From contig JACPNN010000001.1 of assembly GCA_016185435.1 (NCBI GenBank), forward strand, positions 8,956 through 72,955: a stretch of DNA of 64,000 nt. Direction: 5' to 3'. Below the pieces are notes generated by a model that did no database searches, was not told the origin of the DNA, and worked only from the letters and a program-made list of their open reading frames with translations. Origin of the DNA: Candidatus Aenigmatarchaeota archaeon (GTDB taxonomy: Archaea; Aenigmatarchaeota; Aenigmatarchaeia; QMZP01). Every line of letters starts with the position of its first letter. Position 1 is the first letter of the stretch. A program made the translations under genes and the position numbers. Positions 17,159 to 24,730 of this stretch are shown here, in pieces.

Positions 17159-17269
17159 ATGAAAATCACAAGGGGCATGGTGGAGACGAGATGGAAGGCC
17201 CTCTTCCCGGAGATGGAGGACATCTGCAGGGAATTTGGCATATACCACATAAAGACTGGAGTGAACTGA
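17159..17269 (+). CDS. 36-aa small ORF A (MKITRGMVETRWKALFPEMEDICREFGIYHIKTGVN)
   Basis: It is below the ORF-track cutoff. GGAGGTGA lies 6 nt upstream of the ATG and a T-tract (TGATTTTTGTTTTTT) follows immediately after the stop. It has no recognisable family. Confidence 0.35.
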   Translation: MKITRGMVETRWKALFPEMEDICREFGIYHIKTGVN

Positions 17270-17287
17270 TTTTTGTTTTTTCCGCTT

Positions 17288-17330
17288 TAGCGGCATAGCG
17301 GCATGCCACCCTTGGCAAGCCGATTTATAT
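17288..17330 (+). promoter_or_regulatory. copy 3 of TAGCGGCATAGCGGC + CCCTTGGC + TTTATAT promoter-like module
   Basis: The repeat is at 17288-17302, CCCTTGGC at 17309-17316 and TTTATAT at 17324-17330. An ATG at 17361 lies about 30 nt downstream, which is compatible with a leaderless transcript. Confidence 0.4.
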
Positions 17331-17360
17331 GGACTCGGCGAAGTCCTTAATGGTGGTGTT

Positions 17361-17516
17361 ATGGCGGAACTTGTGAGGGATATGAAGGCAGAAGGCCTGA
17401 TAAGCTTCGGCCTGCAGAAGAGCATAGCGGATGCGAGGAGGCTGTCATGGTCAGAGGATATGAGGATTGTCAATCCCAGAAAGCAGATGGCTTTGGCAGA
17501 ATTTGTGAAAAGTTAG
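17361..17516 (+). CDS. 51-aa small ORF B (MAELVRDMKAEGLISFGLQKSIADARRLSWSEDMRIVNPRKQMALAEFVKS)
   Basis: It is below the ORF-track cutoff and is positioned for a leaderless start after promoter module 3. No family was recognised. Confidence 0.3.
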   Translation: MAELVRDMKAEGLISFGLQKSIADARRLSWSEDMRIVNPRKQMALAEFVKS

Positions 17517-17539
17517 GATTGAAATGTGAGGAGGGAGAT

Positions 17540-17665
17540 ATGGACCTTTCAGAGGATCTTGTAAGGCTGATAAACCAGGAATTTGGGAAGGTGTTTGGGG
17601 CAGAGTATTGGGAGCCGAAGGCGCATGCAAGACAGAGGGCCATTTTTGAGTTTGTAGGGAAATAA
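17540..17665 (+). CDS. 41-aa small ORF C (MDLSEDLVRLINQEFGKVFGAEYWEPKAHARQRAIFEFVGK)
   Basis: This is an internal ATG of tracked ORF 17447..17665, preceded by a strong GAGGAGGGAG element. No family was recognised. Confidence 0.35.
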   Translation: MDLSEDLVRLINQEFGKVFGAEYWEPKAHARQRAIFEFVGK

Positions 17666-17732
17666 TTAGGAAATAATAGCTGGTTTTCAGTGACCGTCCC
17701 TCAATTTAAATATTGGCCTTCTTAATAAGGGC

Positions 17733-18269
17733 ATGGCGGAAACGCTCATACTTGTGGATGAGAATGATAATGTGATCGGCTTTGGGGATAAGGAGAAGTG
17801 CCATGACAGCCCGGGCACGCTCCACAGGGCCATAGCAGTCTTTGTGTTCAATGGGGATGGAAAGATTCTGATACAGCAGAGGAGCCGCTTTAAAAGGCTG
17901 TGGCCGCTCATATGGGACAATACTGCAAGCAGCCATCCCTATCCGAATGAGAATTACCAGTCATCTTCTGAAAGGAGACTTGTGGAAGAGCTGGGCTTCA
18001 AGTGCCCTCTGAGATATGTTTTCAAGTTCACATATCATGCGCCTTACAAGGATATAGGCGCAGAAAGGGAGATGTGCGCCGTTCTTGCGGGGCAGCATGA
18101 CGGAAAGGTGATTGCGAACCCGAAGGAGGTGGCTGACTGGAAATATGTGGACCCCAAGGACCTGAAGGCTGATATGGAGAGGCATCCGGAAAAGTACACG
18201 CCGTGGTTCATAATAGCGTACAACAGGCTGTGGAAAGAGCATCCTGATGTGCTGGGCCTTGATGCTTAG
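17733..18269 (+). CDS. idi: isopentenyl-diphosphate delta-isomerase, type 1 (Nudix fold)
   Basis: LHRAIAVFVFN..GKILIQQRS..K..WP..WDNT.SSHP, RRL.EELG, ERE.C and the C-terminal TPWF are IDI-1 signatures. Confidence 0.8.
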   Translation: MAETLILVDENDNVIGFGDKEKCHDSPGTLHRAIAVFVFNGDGKILIQQRSRFKRLWPLIWDNTASSHPYPNENYQSSSERRLVEELGFKCPLRYVFKFTYHAPYKDIGAEREMCAVLAGQHDGKVIANPKEVADWKYVDPKDLKADMERHPEKYTPWFIIAYNRLWKEHPDVLGLDA

Positions 18270-19732
18270 CTTGTCTTCTTTATTTCTTCCTGGATGATTT
18301 TCATTACTTTATTTCCCTGAGCTTTTCCCTTAACTTCCTTCATCACAAGGCCCATTATGATGTTTGCAGCGTTGTATTTTTCTATGGCGTCTTTGTTGCT
18401 TTTGATTATCTTTTCGACTATTTTTCTGATATCGGAATCAGGCAATGTTTCTATTGAGGATGCTATTTTTTCTGCAGGCAGGGCTGTCATGGCAAGCTCC
18501 CTGAGCATTCTGAGCATTGTTTCTTTTGCCGGCTGCCTGCCATTCAGGGCAGAGAAAAATTCCTTCAGCCTCTCCTCTGTAAGCTTCTCAACTGCTATTT
18601 TCTCTGACTTCATCTCCTTGAGGTAGCTTGTGAGGATATTGGCTACTATGGAAGGGTCATAGTTTTCTGAGAGGGATTCAAATAAAACTGCTTTATTTTC
18701 ATTGATTATTTGTCTCGCTAATTCCAGACTGATTTTGCATCTTTCTGACAATTCTTCTGCTGTAGCCTTTTTCATGGTCTTTTTTGCTTCCGTCAGCATC
18801 TCTTCAGTGACTGCTACAGGCACATGGTCTGTCTCAGGATAGAGCCTCGCAGCCCCTGGCAGAGGCCTCAGAAATTCCGTGGAGCCGTCTGGCAGGGCTC
18901 TTCTGACGTCCTTATGCACATTCTTGCCTGCCAGAACCAGGGCAAGCTGCCTTTTCACCTCTTCTTCTATGACCTTTGGTATGAGGGACAAACTTTGCAC
19001 GCCCTTTATCTCGGACCTTGCGCCGCCTGATATGGAAACGTTCAGATCCTGCCTTATGGCCCCAAGGTGGCTGTGAACCTTTCCTGTCAGCTTCAGAAGT
19101 CCGCCTATCTTTTCAGCTGCCTGCCTGGCCTGTTCAGGGGAATGTATGTCAGCCTCTGTCCCTATCTCGACAAGCGGCATCCCTAGCCTATCAAGGCCGT
19201 ATACGTCCTTGTTCCCCAGCCTTGAGACAATCTGGGCAGAGTCCTCTTCCAGGCTGACATTGGCTATCCTTACCCTGCCGAAATCGGTGTCGATAAAACC
19301 ATTCATGCCTACTATTGCAGTCCTCTGGAAGCCTGAGATATTTGAGCCGTCTATAACAAGTTTTCTCATGAAGTGAATTTCATCTGGAATCTCGCAGTTC
19401 AAAAGCCTTGCTATCTGAAGCGCAGCACTAAGGGCTGCAGGGCTGACATCATGGATTATCTCCTCGTCAAGCTCGACAAGGCAGCTCTCTTCAGGATAGG
19501 AGACGTATTCGAATGTCTTCCCTTTCTCTGACTCGTGGATGGCTGCCGTGTCTATTTCTCCGAGTTCTCCTGCGACTGTCCTGAGGCGCCTCTGGATCCT
19601 CAGGAGTCTATCGTTGTCCTCCTTCACGAGCCTTGACAGGCAGCTGCAGAAAAGCTTATTCTTTGTGGAGAGCTGCACATGTATTTCCAGGCCGCATTTC
19701 ATCCCCAGCTTTTTGTAGTCGAGGTCTTCCAT
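18266..19732 (-). CDS. gatE: Glu-tRNA(Gln) amidotransferase subunit E, short form lacking the AspRS-like insertion domain
   Basis: The N-terminus is GatE-type: YKKLGMKCGLEIHVQL.TKNKLFC.C, GELGEIDTAA and MRKLVIDGSNISGFQRTAIVG. RRALPDGSTEFLRPLPGAARLYPETD follows the cradle domain directly. The protein is 488 aa, versus about 620 as I recall for typical GatE. Confidence 0.85.
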   Translation of the reverse strand: MEDLDYKKLGMKCGLEIHVQLSTKNKLFCSCLSRLVKEDNDRLLRIQRRLRTVAGELGEIDTAAIHESEKGKTFEYVSYPEESCLVELDEEIIHDVSPAALSAALQIARLLNCEIPDEIHFMRKLVIDGSNISGFQRTAIVGMNGFIDTDFGRVRIANVSLEEDSAQIVSRLGNKDVYGLDRLGMPLVEIGTEADIHSPEQARQAAEKIGGLLKLTGKVHSHLGAIRQDLNVSISGGARSEIKGVQSLSLIPKVIEEEVKRQLALVLAGKNVHKDVRRALPDGSTEFLRPLPGAARLYPETDHVPVAVTEEMLTEAKKTMKKATAEELSERCKISLELARQIINENKAVLFESLSENYDPSIVANILTSYLKEMKSEKIAVEKLTEERLKEFFSALNGRQPAKETMLRMLRELAMTALPAEKIASSIETLPDSDIRKIVEKIIKSNKDAIEKYNAANIIMGLVMKEVKGKAQGNKVMKIIQEEIKKTS

Positions 19733-19739
19733 AGTCTGA

Positions 19740-21104
19740 TCAATAAAGGAATGCGTCAGGCACAGTCCTTGGCGTTATCTCGCCTGCCATATTAGTGAGC
19801 ATGAGCCTCCTGATTTCATCCATATCCTTTGTTTTTGCAAGCACATGCCCAAGCTTCACATAAGCGACCTCTGTAAGCATGTCCTCGCCTGGGATGGCCC
19901 TGGCATAATGGTAGAGTCTTCTGAGGTTCGTGTAGGTGTTGGGATTTATCCTGCCGTATATGGTCTGGCTTGTGACCACAACGGGAATTCCATCCTTGAC
20001 AAGTTTCTTTATAATCTCTATCCAGCTTTTCCTGGAATCTGTCGGCACATGCCCCAGGCCAAGGCCTTCCACAACAAAGCCCCTGTAGCCTTTCGCTTGC
20101 AGATATTCGAGAATGGAGGGTTCGCTTCCAGGGTAGGCCTTTACAATTGCAACCTTTTCTTCAAATACAGCGTCGGCTTTTATTTTCTGGTCAGATCTTT
20201 TCCTATAAGATTTATTGACAATTTCCAGTTTGCCGGAGGGCCATACCTTGGCCAGAGGCAGGTCGTTTATCGGCCTGAACGCGTCCCTCCTTACTGTATG
20301 CATCTTCCTTACTTTTGTTCCCCTCATCAGGAGGCAATAATCATCATTCATATTGCCGTGCATGCATACGGCCACTTCTGCTATATCGGATACTGCAGCG
20401 TGGGAGGAGCAGATGAGGTTCATGACTGCATCGCTGGATGGCCTGTCGCTGGATTTCTGGGAGCCCATTATTATCACAGGCTTGAGAAGGTTGGGGAGCA
20501 TGAAGCTTAGCGCTGCAGCAGTGTAGTGAAGGGTGTCTGTCCCGTGGGTTATTATTACGCCTTTGTTGTCAGAATTTAATTCCTTTGCTACTAATTTTGC
20601 CAGAGCGATCCAGTCAGAGCTGTCCATGTCCTCGCTCATCTTGGTGAAAGGTTTTGAAAAGTTTTTGATGTTAACTATATTGAAAAGCTCGGGCACATTG
20701 TGGAGGAATTCCTTCGGATCCATCATTGCAGAGACGCCGCCGGTCTGATAGTCGACCCTGCTTGCGACTGTCCCGCCTGTGGAGATCATTGCTATCGGAG
20801 GCTTTTCAGGGTCAAAGGAAACCTTGAGAAGGCTTTTCTTGATTTTGCCAAGCTCGAATTCCTCCTCCTCTTTGACAGTTTTTGGCTCTTTATGGCCGCT
20901 TTTTTCAATAGCCGAGCCTCTGTCTATTCTGATTCCGATATTATAGCCGTTGTCCAGTTTCAGCACAATGCAATTGCTGTCGCCTATGTCAGGCCGCGGC
21001 ATGAGCAGGCCTTCATAAACTTTTCCCTTTGCCTTCACAAGAATCCTGCCGCCTATAGAGATTTCTGCCGAATCGAGAAGTTTCTGGATCCCAAGGGAGT
21101 ACAT
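19740..21104 (-). CDS. gatD: Glu-tRNA(Gln) amidotransferase subunit D (asparaginase-like)
   Basis: STGGTVASRVDYQTGGV, ITHGTDTLHYTAAALSF and an asparaginase-type C-domain are present. It lies directly upstream of gatE. Confidence 0.9.
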   Translation of the reverse strand: MYSLGIQKLLDSAEISIGGRILVKAKGKVYEGLLMPRPDIGDSNCIVLKLDNGYNIGIRIDRGSAIEKSGHKEPKTVKEEEEFELGKIKKSLLKVSFDPEKPPIAMISTGGTVASRVDYQTGGVSAMMDPKEFLHNVPELFNIVNIKNFSKPFTKMSEDMDSSDWIALAKLVAKELNSDNKGVIITHGTDTLHYTAAALSFMLPNLLKPVIIMGSQKSSDRPSSDAVMNLICSSHAAVSDIAEVAVCMHGNMNDDYCLLMRGTKVRKMHTVRRDAFRPINDLPLAKVWPSGKLEIVNKSYRKRSDQKIKADAVFEEKVAIVKAYPGSEPSILEYLQAKGYRGFVVEGLGLGHVPTDSRKSWIEIIKKLVKDGIPVVVTSQTIYGRINPNTYTNLRRLYHYARAIPGEDMLTEVAYVKLGHVLAKTKDMDEIRRLMLTNMAGEITPRTVPDAFLY

Positions 21105-21170
21105 ATGCTTTAATTGAGAGCAATGGAATAAATATAATGGAAATGAATCTGCAGTGATTTTGTGTTTCTT

Positions 21171-21521
21171 ATGGTCAAAATAGATTCCTTTGATTTCGGG
21201 GAAATAGTTGTTGATGGCAGATCATACTATTCAGACGTGATGATATGGTGGGACGGCTCTGTGGAGCATGTGGCCAAGAAGCACACAGTCACCCCTGACG
21301 AGCTTGTGAGGATGCTTTCGGGCAGGGGAAGGGACGCGGAGATAATAGTCATCGGCCGCGGCGAGACAGGCACACTGAGGATAGCGGAGGAGGTCGAGGA
21401 GATAGCCGAGAGGAAAAGGATAAAGGTCTATATCCACACCACGCCCAAGGCAGTCGAGCTGTTCAATGCGTTTGCTGCGACTGGGAAGAAGGTTGTGGCG
21501 CTGCTGCATACGACATTATAG
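21171..21521 (+). CDS. Mth938-domain (DUF498) protein
   Basis: F.FGEIVVDG..Y..DV.IW.DG.V and IIVIGRGETG.L....V....E...I.V....T..AV..FN fit the Mth938 family pattern. The ATG is at 21171. Confidence 0.6.
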   Translation: MVKIDSFDFGEIVVDGRSYYSDVMIWWDGSVEHVAKKHTVTPDELVRMLSGRGRDAEIIVIGRGETGTLRIAEEVEEIAERKRIKVYIHTTPKAVELFNAFAATGKKVVALLHTTL

Positions 21522-21575
21522 AAATGTTTTCTGAAGGCAGATGGTTATATATCTGCTTTCTTCAAGATTGTTAAT

Positions 21576-22091
21576 ATGTCCGTAACAGTTCTAAGGCTCG
21601 GCCACAGGATCTTCAGGGACCAGAGGATTACGGCCCACTGCTGCCTTGTTGCAAGGGCCTTTGGGGCCGACAGCTTTGTTTATACGGGGCAGAAGGATGG
21701 GAACCTGGAAAAAACTGTCTCATCAACCGCTGAAAGGTGGGGTGGAAGATTCAGAATTGGGTATGCGGATGACTGGAAAACTGTTCTGAAAGAGTGGAAG
21801 GGAAAAATGGTTCATCTGACTGTATACGGAATTCCTGTTGTGAAAGAAATTGGAACGATAAGAAAACAAAAGAATCTTCTGATTATAATCGGTGGTGAAA
21901 AAGTCCCTTCAGAAATATATCAGTTTGCAGACTGGAATCTCTCAGTTACCAGCCAGCCGCATTCCGAGGTTGCGGCACTTGCCGTCTTCCTGGACAGGTA
22001 TTTTGAGGGCAGATGGCCCGGAACCTTCAAGGGCGCGAAACTGAAGATTGTTCCGCAGGAAAGGGGCAAGAAAGTGGAGAAAATAAAGTAA
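21576..22091 (+). CDS. trm56: tRNA (cytidine56-2'-O)-methyltransferase aTrm56 (SPOUT)
   Basis: VLRLGHR..RDQRITAHCCLVARAFGAD, WGG.F, HLTVYG, IIIGGEKVP, NLSVTSQPHSEVAALAVFLDR and GAKLKIVPQERGKKV closely parallel Pyrococcus aTrm56. Confidence 0.85.
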   Translation: MSVTVLRLGHRIFRDQRITAHCCLVARAFGADSFVYTGQKDGNLEKTVSSTAERWGGRFRIGYADDWKTVLKEWKGKMVHLTVYGIPVVKEIGTIRKQKNLLIIIGGEKVPSEIYQFADWNLSVTSQPHSEVAALAVFLDRYFEGRWPGTFKGAKLKIVPQERGKKVEKIK

Positions 22092-22112
22092 CAGACAGAG
22101 AATTGGCTTTGC

Positions 22113-22733
22113 CTACTTTTTCTCTTTTGCTTTTGGTTTATCCTCTTTTTGGGCAGGCTCTCTTTTCTTATCAGCGGCTTCAGGTTTTTTTGTTCGGACT
22201 TCTTCTTTGTTCTTATCGTCTGTGAGTTCAGAAGCTGCAGGTTTTGCTTCAGCCTGCTTTACAGCTTCTGCGGCCTTCCTCTCTTCCCTTTGGGTTTCAG
22301 ATGCCTTTTTCTCTTCAGGCTTCTCCTTCAGGGCTGGCCTGGCCTTTTCCTCTTCTATAGCCTTCCTAGCCTCCTTCTCGACTTCAGAGACCTTTTTGCC
22401 TGTGATCTTCTCCTTCAGCATGGCTGCTGTGGTTTTCTTTTCCACAGACTTTATCTCTATTTCTTCAGGAAGCATGACCTTTGCCTTTCCGTCCTCTAGC
22501 TTTATCTTTACTCTTATCCTGCCGGCAGGCCTCTTGGCTCCCCTCTTCCAGACTTCAGAATTGACCTTTTCGGAAATCTTGACGGCATCTGCATGGGTAT
22601 GTCTTTTGGCAAAATCCTCTATAATCCTGATGGCCCTGTTGGCCTTCCTTATCCTGCTGTCAAGCACGAAATGGATTCTCAGGGGTATGGTATACAGCCT
22701 CTCTTCGGCTTTGGGCGCCTTTACTTCGGCCAT
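22113..22733 (-). CDS. rpl31e: 50S ribosomal protein L31e with a roughly 115-aa Lys/Glu/Ala-rich C-terminal extension
   Basis: The L31e core is ERLYTIPLR......R.KANRAIRII.DFAKRH.......I...VN..VW.RG...P..RIRVK. It is followed by low-complexity KE-rich sequence to the stop. The ATG is at 22733. Confidence 0.8.
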   Translation of the reverse strand: MAEVKAPKAEERLYTIPLRIHFVLDSRIRKANRAIRIIEDFAKRHTHADAVKISEKVNSEVWKRGAKRPAGRIRVKIKLEDGKAKVMLPEEIEIKSVEKKTTAAMLKEKITGKKVSEVEKEARKAIEEEKARPALKEKPEEKKASETQREERKAAEAVKQAEAKPAASELTDDKNKEEVRTKKPEAADKKREPAQKEDKPKAKEKK

Positions 22734-22850
22734 AACTAACAAATTGCTGAATGAAGTTTAAATTCTTGCCCTTTTCTGATTTGGAGACTATGAATAATTA
22801 TCGAATAGTTGTTCAGAATTACTTTATTGTATTGAACATATTTCCAGAAA

Positions 22851-23015
22851 TCACAGCCTTAACTTATCCCTTCTCCAGTTCCTCCCTCTTGATGAGATGC
22901 GCCTGCTTCTGGCCCTCTTGAGGCCGAACTTCTTTATGTCGGCCCATCTTGGGGCTCTTCTGACCTTCCTTGCCGCAGCATAGCGCAGCTTTCTTGAAGC
23001 GGTTTTGAAGCCCAT
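22851..23015 (-). CDS. rpl39e: 50S ribosomal protein L39e (54 aa, not in ORF track)
   Basis: Hand translation gives MGFKTASRKLRYAAARKVRRAPRWADIKKFGLKRARSRRISSRGRNWRRDKLRL. It is basic, ends in the L39e-like RNWRR.KL signature, and sits in the conserved position upstream of L31e. Confidence 0.75.
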   Translation of the reverse strand: MGFKTASRKLRYAAARKVRRAPRWADIKKFGLKRARSRRISSRGRNWRRDKLRL

Positions 23016-23065
23016 AAAGTCCTTATGGCTATCCTTGTAGTCGCAAATATTTATATTGATGAAAT

Positions 23066-23356
23066 TCAGCCTCTCCTGAATTCTATGTTTATTTCTTTCT
23101 CCCCCTGAGACAAAGCCCTGAGTATTTCTTTAATCTGGGCATCCTTTATCTGGTCTTTGATTTTGCCTGTCTGGAATATCTGGAGAAGATAGAGTTCTGC
23201 CTGACCTGCTAGCGTAGCGTTCACTGTCCTCACCCTTGCAAGCCTCTCATATGCTTCCTTTGACAGGATCCTTGCAAGTATCTGCTTCTTGGCAGCCTCA
23301 ATCTGCTTCTCCTGCATCTGGGACTGGATATCGGTGGAGTAGGGCATTTCGGCCAT
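23066..23356 (-). CDS. PDCD5/TFAR19-like dsDNA-binding protein
   Basis: KKQILARILSKEAYERLARVR..N...A.Q.E.YL.Q..Q.GKI...I.D.QIKEIL is present. It occupies the usual archaeal position upstream of L39e-L31e. The ATG is at 23356. Confidence 0.7.
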   Translation of the reverse strand: MAEMPYSTDIQSQMQEKQIEAAKKQILARILSKEAYERLARVRTVNATLAGQAELYLLQIFQTGKIKDQIKDAQIKEILRALSQGEKEINIEFRRG

Positions 23357-23391
23357 AACAAATATATAGCCGACAAGGAGCTTTAAAATGC

Positions 23392-24636
23392 TTATGTCCC
23401 GTGTTCCCAACTCTCAAGATACTTCTTCTGCTCTTGAGTAAGGATGTCTGTTTTCACCCCATAGCTGGCCAATGCAAGCTCTGCAACATGCCTGTCTATT
23501 TCATGCGGCACATCATATACCTTTTTCTCAAGCCTGCCTCTGTTCTGAGCAGCGTGTTTAACGCACAACGCTTGGTTGCAGAAGGATGTCTGCATTATCT
23601 CGCTTGGATGGCCCTCAGCAGCGGCAAGATTCACAAGCCTGCCTTCTGCAAGGAGGTAGATAATCTTTCCTGTTTTCAGCCTGTATTCCTCCAGATTTGG
23701 CCTGAGGGTTCTTTTGCCGGCGCTCAAAGATGACAGCTCTTCTGTATTGATCTCCACATTGAAGTGGCCTGAGTTTGCAATTATAGCCCCTGATTTCATC
23801 TTTTCTATATGCCTGCCTTTAATAACATCCCTGTTGCCTGTCACTGTCACAAAAATATCGCCTGTTTTGGCTGCTTCGTCCATGCCCATAACACTGTAGC
23901 CGTCATAAAAGGCCTGCAGGGCTTTTATAGGGTCTGTTTCTGTAATCACTACCTTGCAGCCCATGCCTTCAGCCCTTTTGGCCAGGCCTTTGCCGCAGTT
24001 GCCATAGCCTGCGACAACAAAGGTCTTGCCTGCAAGGAGTATGTTTGTAGCCCTGAGGATGCCGTCCAGTGTGCTCTGGCCTGTGCCGATTATATTGTCG
24101 AGAAGCATCTTCGTCTTTGCGTTGTTGACAGCTATTATTGGCAGCTTCAGGGCTTTGTCCCTTTCCATTGCCTTGAACCTTATCACGCCTGTTGTTGTTT
24201 CCTCCAGACCGCAGATAATTCCTTCCAGCTTGTTTTCCTTGATGGCCGTTGAAATGAGATCAGCACCATCGTCTATAAGGATATTTGGCCCGGTGGCAAG
24301 AGCCTGATTTATGCACCAATAATATTCTTCGGTAGTCACTCCATGCCATGCAAAAACATCTATCCCTTCTTTTGCTAGATATGCTGCCACATCATCCTGT
24401 GTGCTCAGGGGATTGGAGCCGCATAATGCAACCTCTGCGCTGCCGGCAGCAAGGGTCTTTGCAAGAACTGCAGTCTCCTTTGTCACATGGAGGCAGGCAG
24501 CTATCATTATTCCTTTTAATGGCTTGGCCTTCTCAAAATCCTGCCTTACTCTCATAAGTGCTGGCATGTGCTGCTCGGCAAACTCAACCTTAAGCCTGCC
24601 TGCCTCTGCGAGGGATAAATCCTTTATCTTTGGCAT
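23392..24636 (-). CDS. ahcY: S-adenosyl-L-homocysteine hydrolase
   Basis: CLHVTKETAVL, GSNPLSTQDDVAA, VFAW.G.T.EEY.WC, the NAD site VAGYGNCGKG and GHFNVEI are present. Confidence 0.9.
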   Translation of the reverse strand: MPKIKDLSLAEAGRLKVEFAEQHMPALMRVRQDFEKAKPLKGIMIAACLHVTKETAVLAKTLAAGSAEVALCGSNPLSTQDDVAAYLAKEGIDVFAWHGVTTEEYYWCINQALATGPNILIDDGADLISTAIKENKLEGIICGLEETTTGVIRFKAMERDKALKLPIIAVNNAKTKMLLDNIIGTGQSTLDGILRATNILLAGKTFVVAGYGNCGKGLAKRAEGMGCKVVITETDPIKALQAFYDGYSVMGMDEAAKTGDIFVTVTGNRDVIKGRHIEKMKSGAIIANSGHFNVEINTEELSSLSAGKRTLRPNLEEYRLKTGKIIYLLAEGRLVNLAAAEGHPSEIMQTSFCNQALCVKHAAQNRGRLEKKVYDVPHEIDRHVAELALASYGVKTDILTQEQKKYLESWEHGT

Positions 24637-24730
24637 ACCTTGATATGTTTTTGTACTAATTTAAACTTTTATTCCTAATTTATATAATAATTTTAATGAA
24701 ATAAAAAAATAACAGAAAAATTATGCAATT

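Noticed and set aside
17505-17545. Programmed -1 frameshift joining small ORF B and ORF C
   Set aside because: The GUGAAAAGU junction is not an X_XXY_YYZ slippery heptamer. ORF C also has its own strong GAGGAGGGAG site and ATG, so separate genes or a simple indel are more parsimonious. It is kept only as an alternative in the small-ORF finding.
22149-22761. Plus-strand ORFs of 116 and 184 aa rich in Phe/Ser/Leu
   Set aside because: They are the complement of the Lys/Glu-rich L31e tail. AAG/GAA-rich coding DNA produces open TTC/CTT frames on the other strand.
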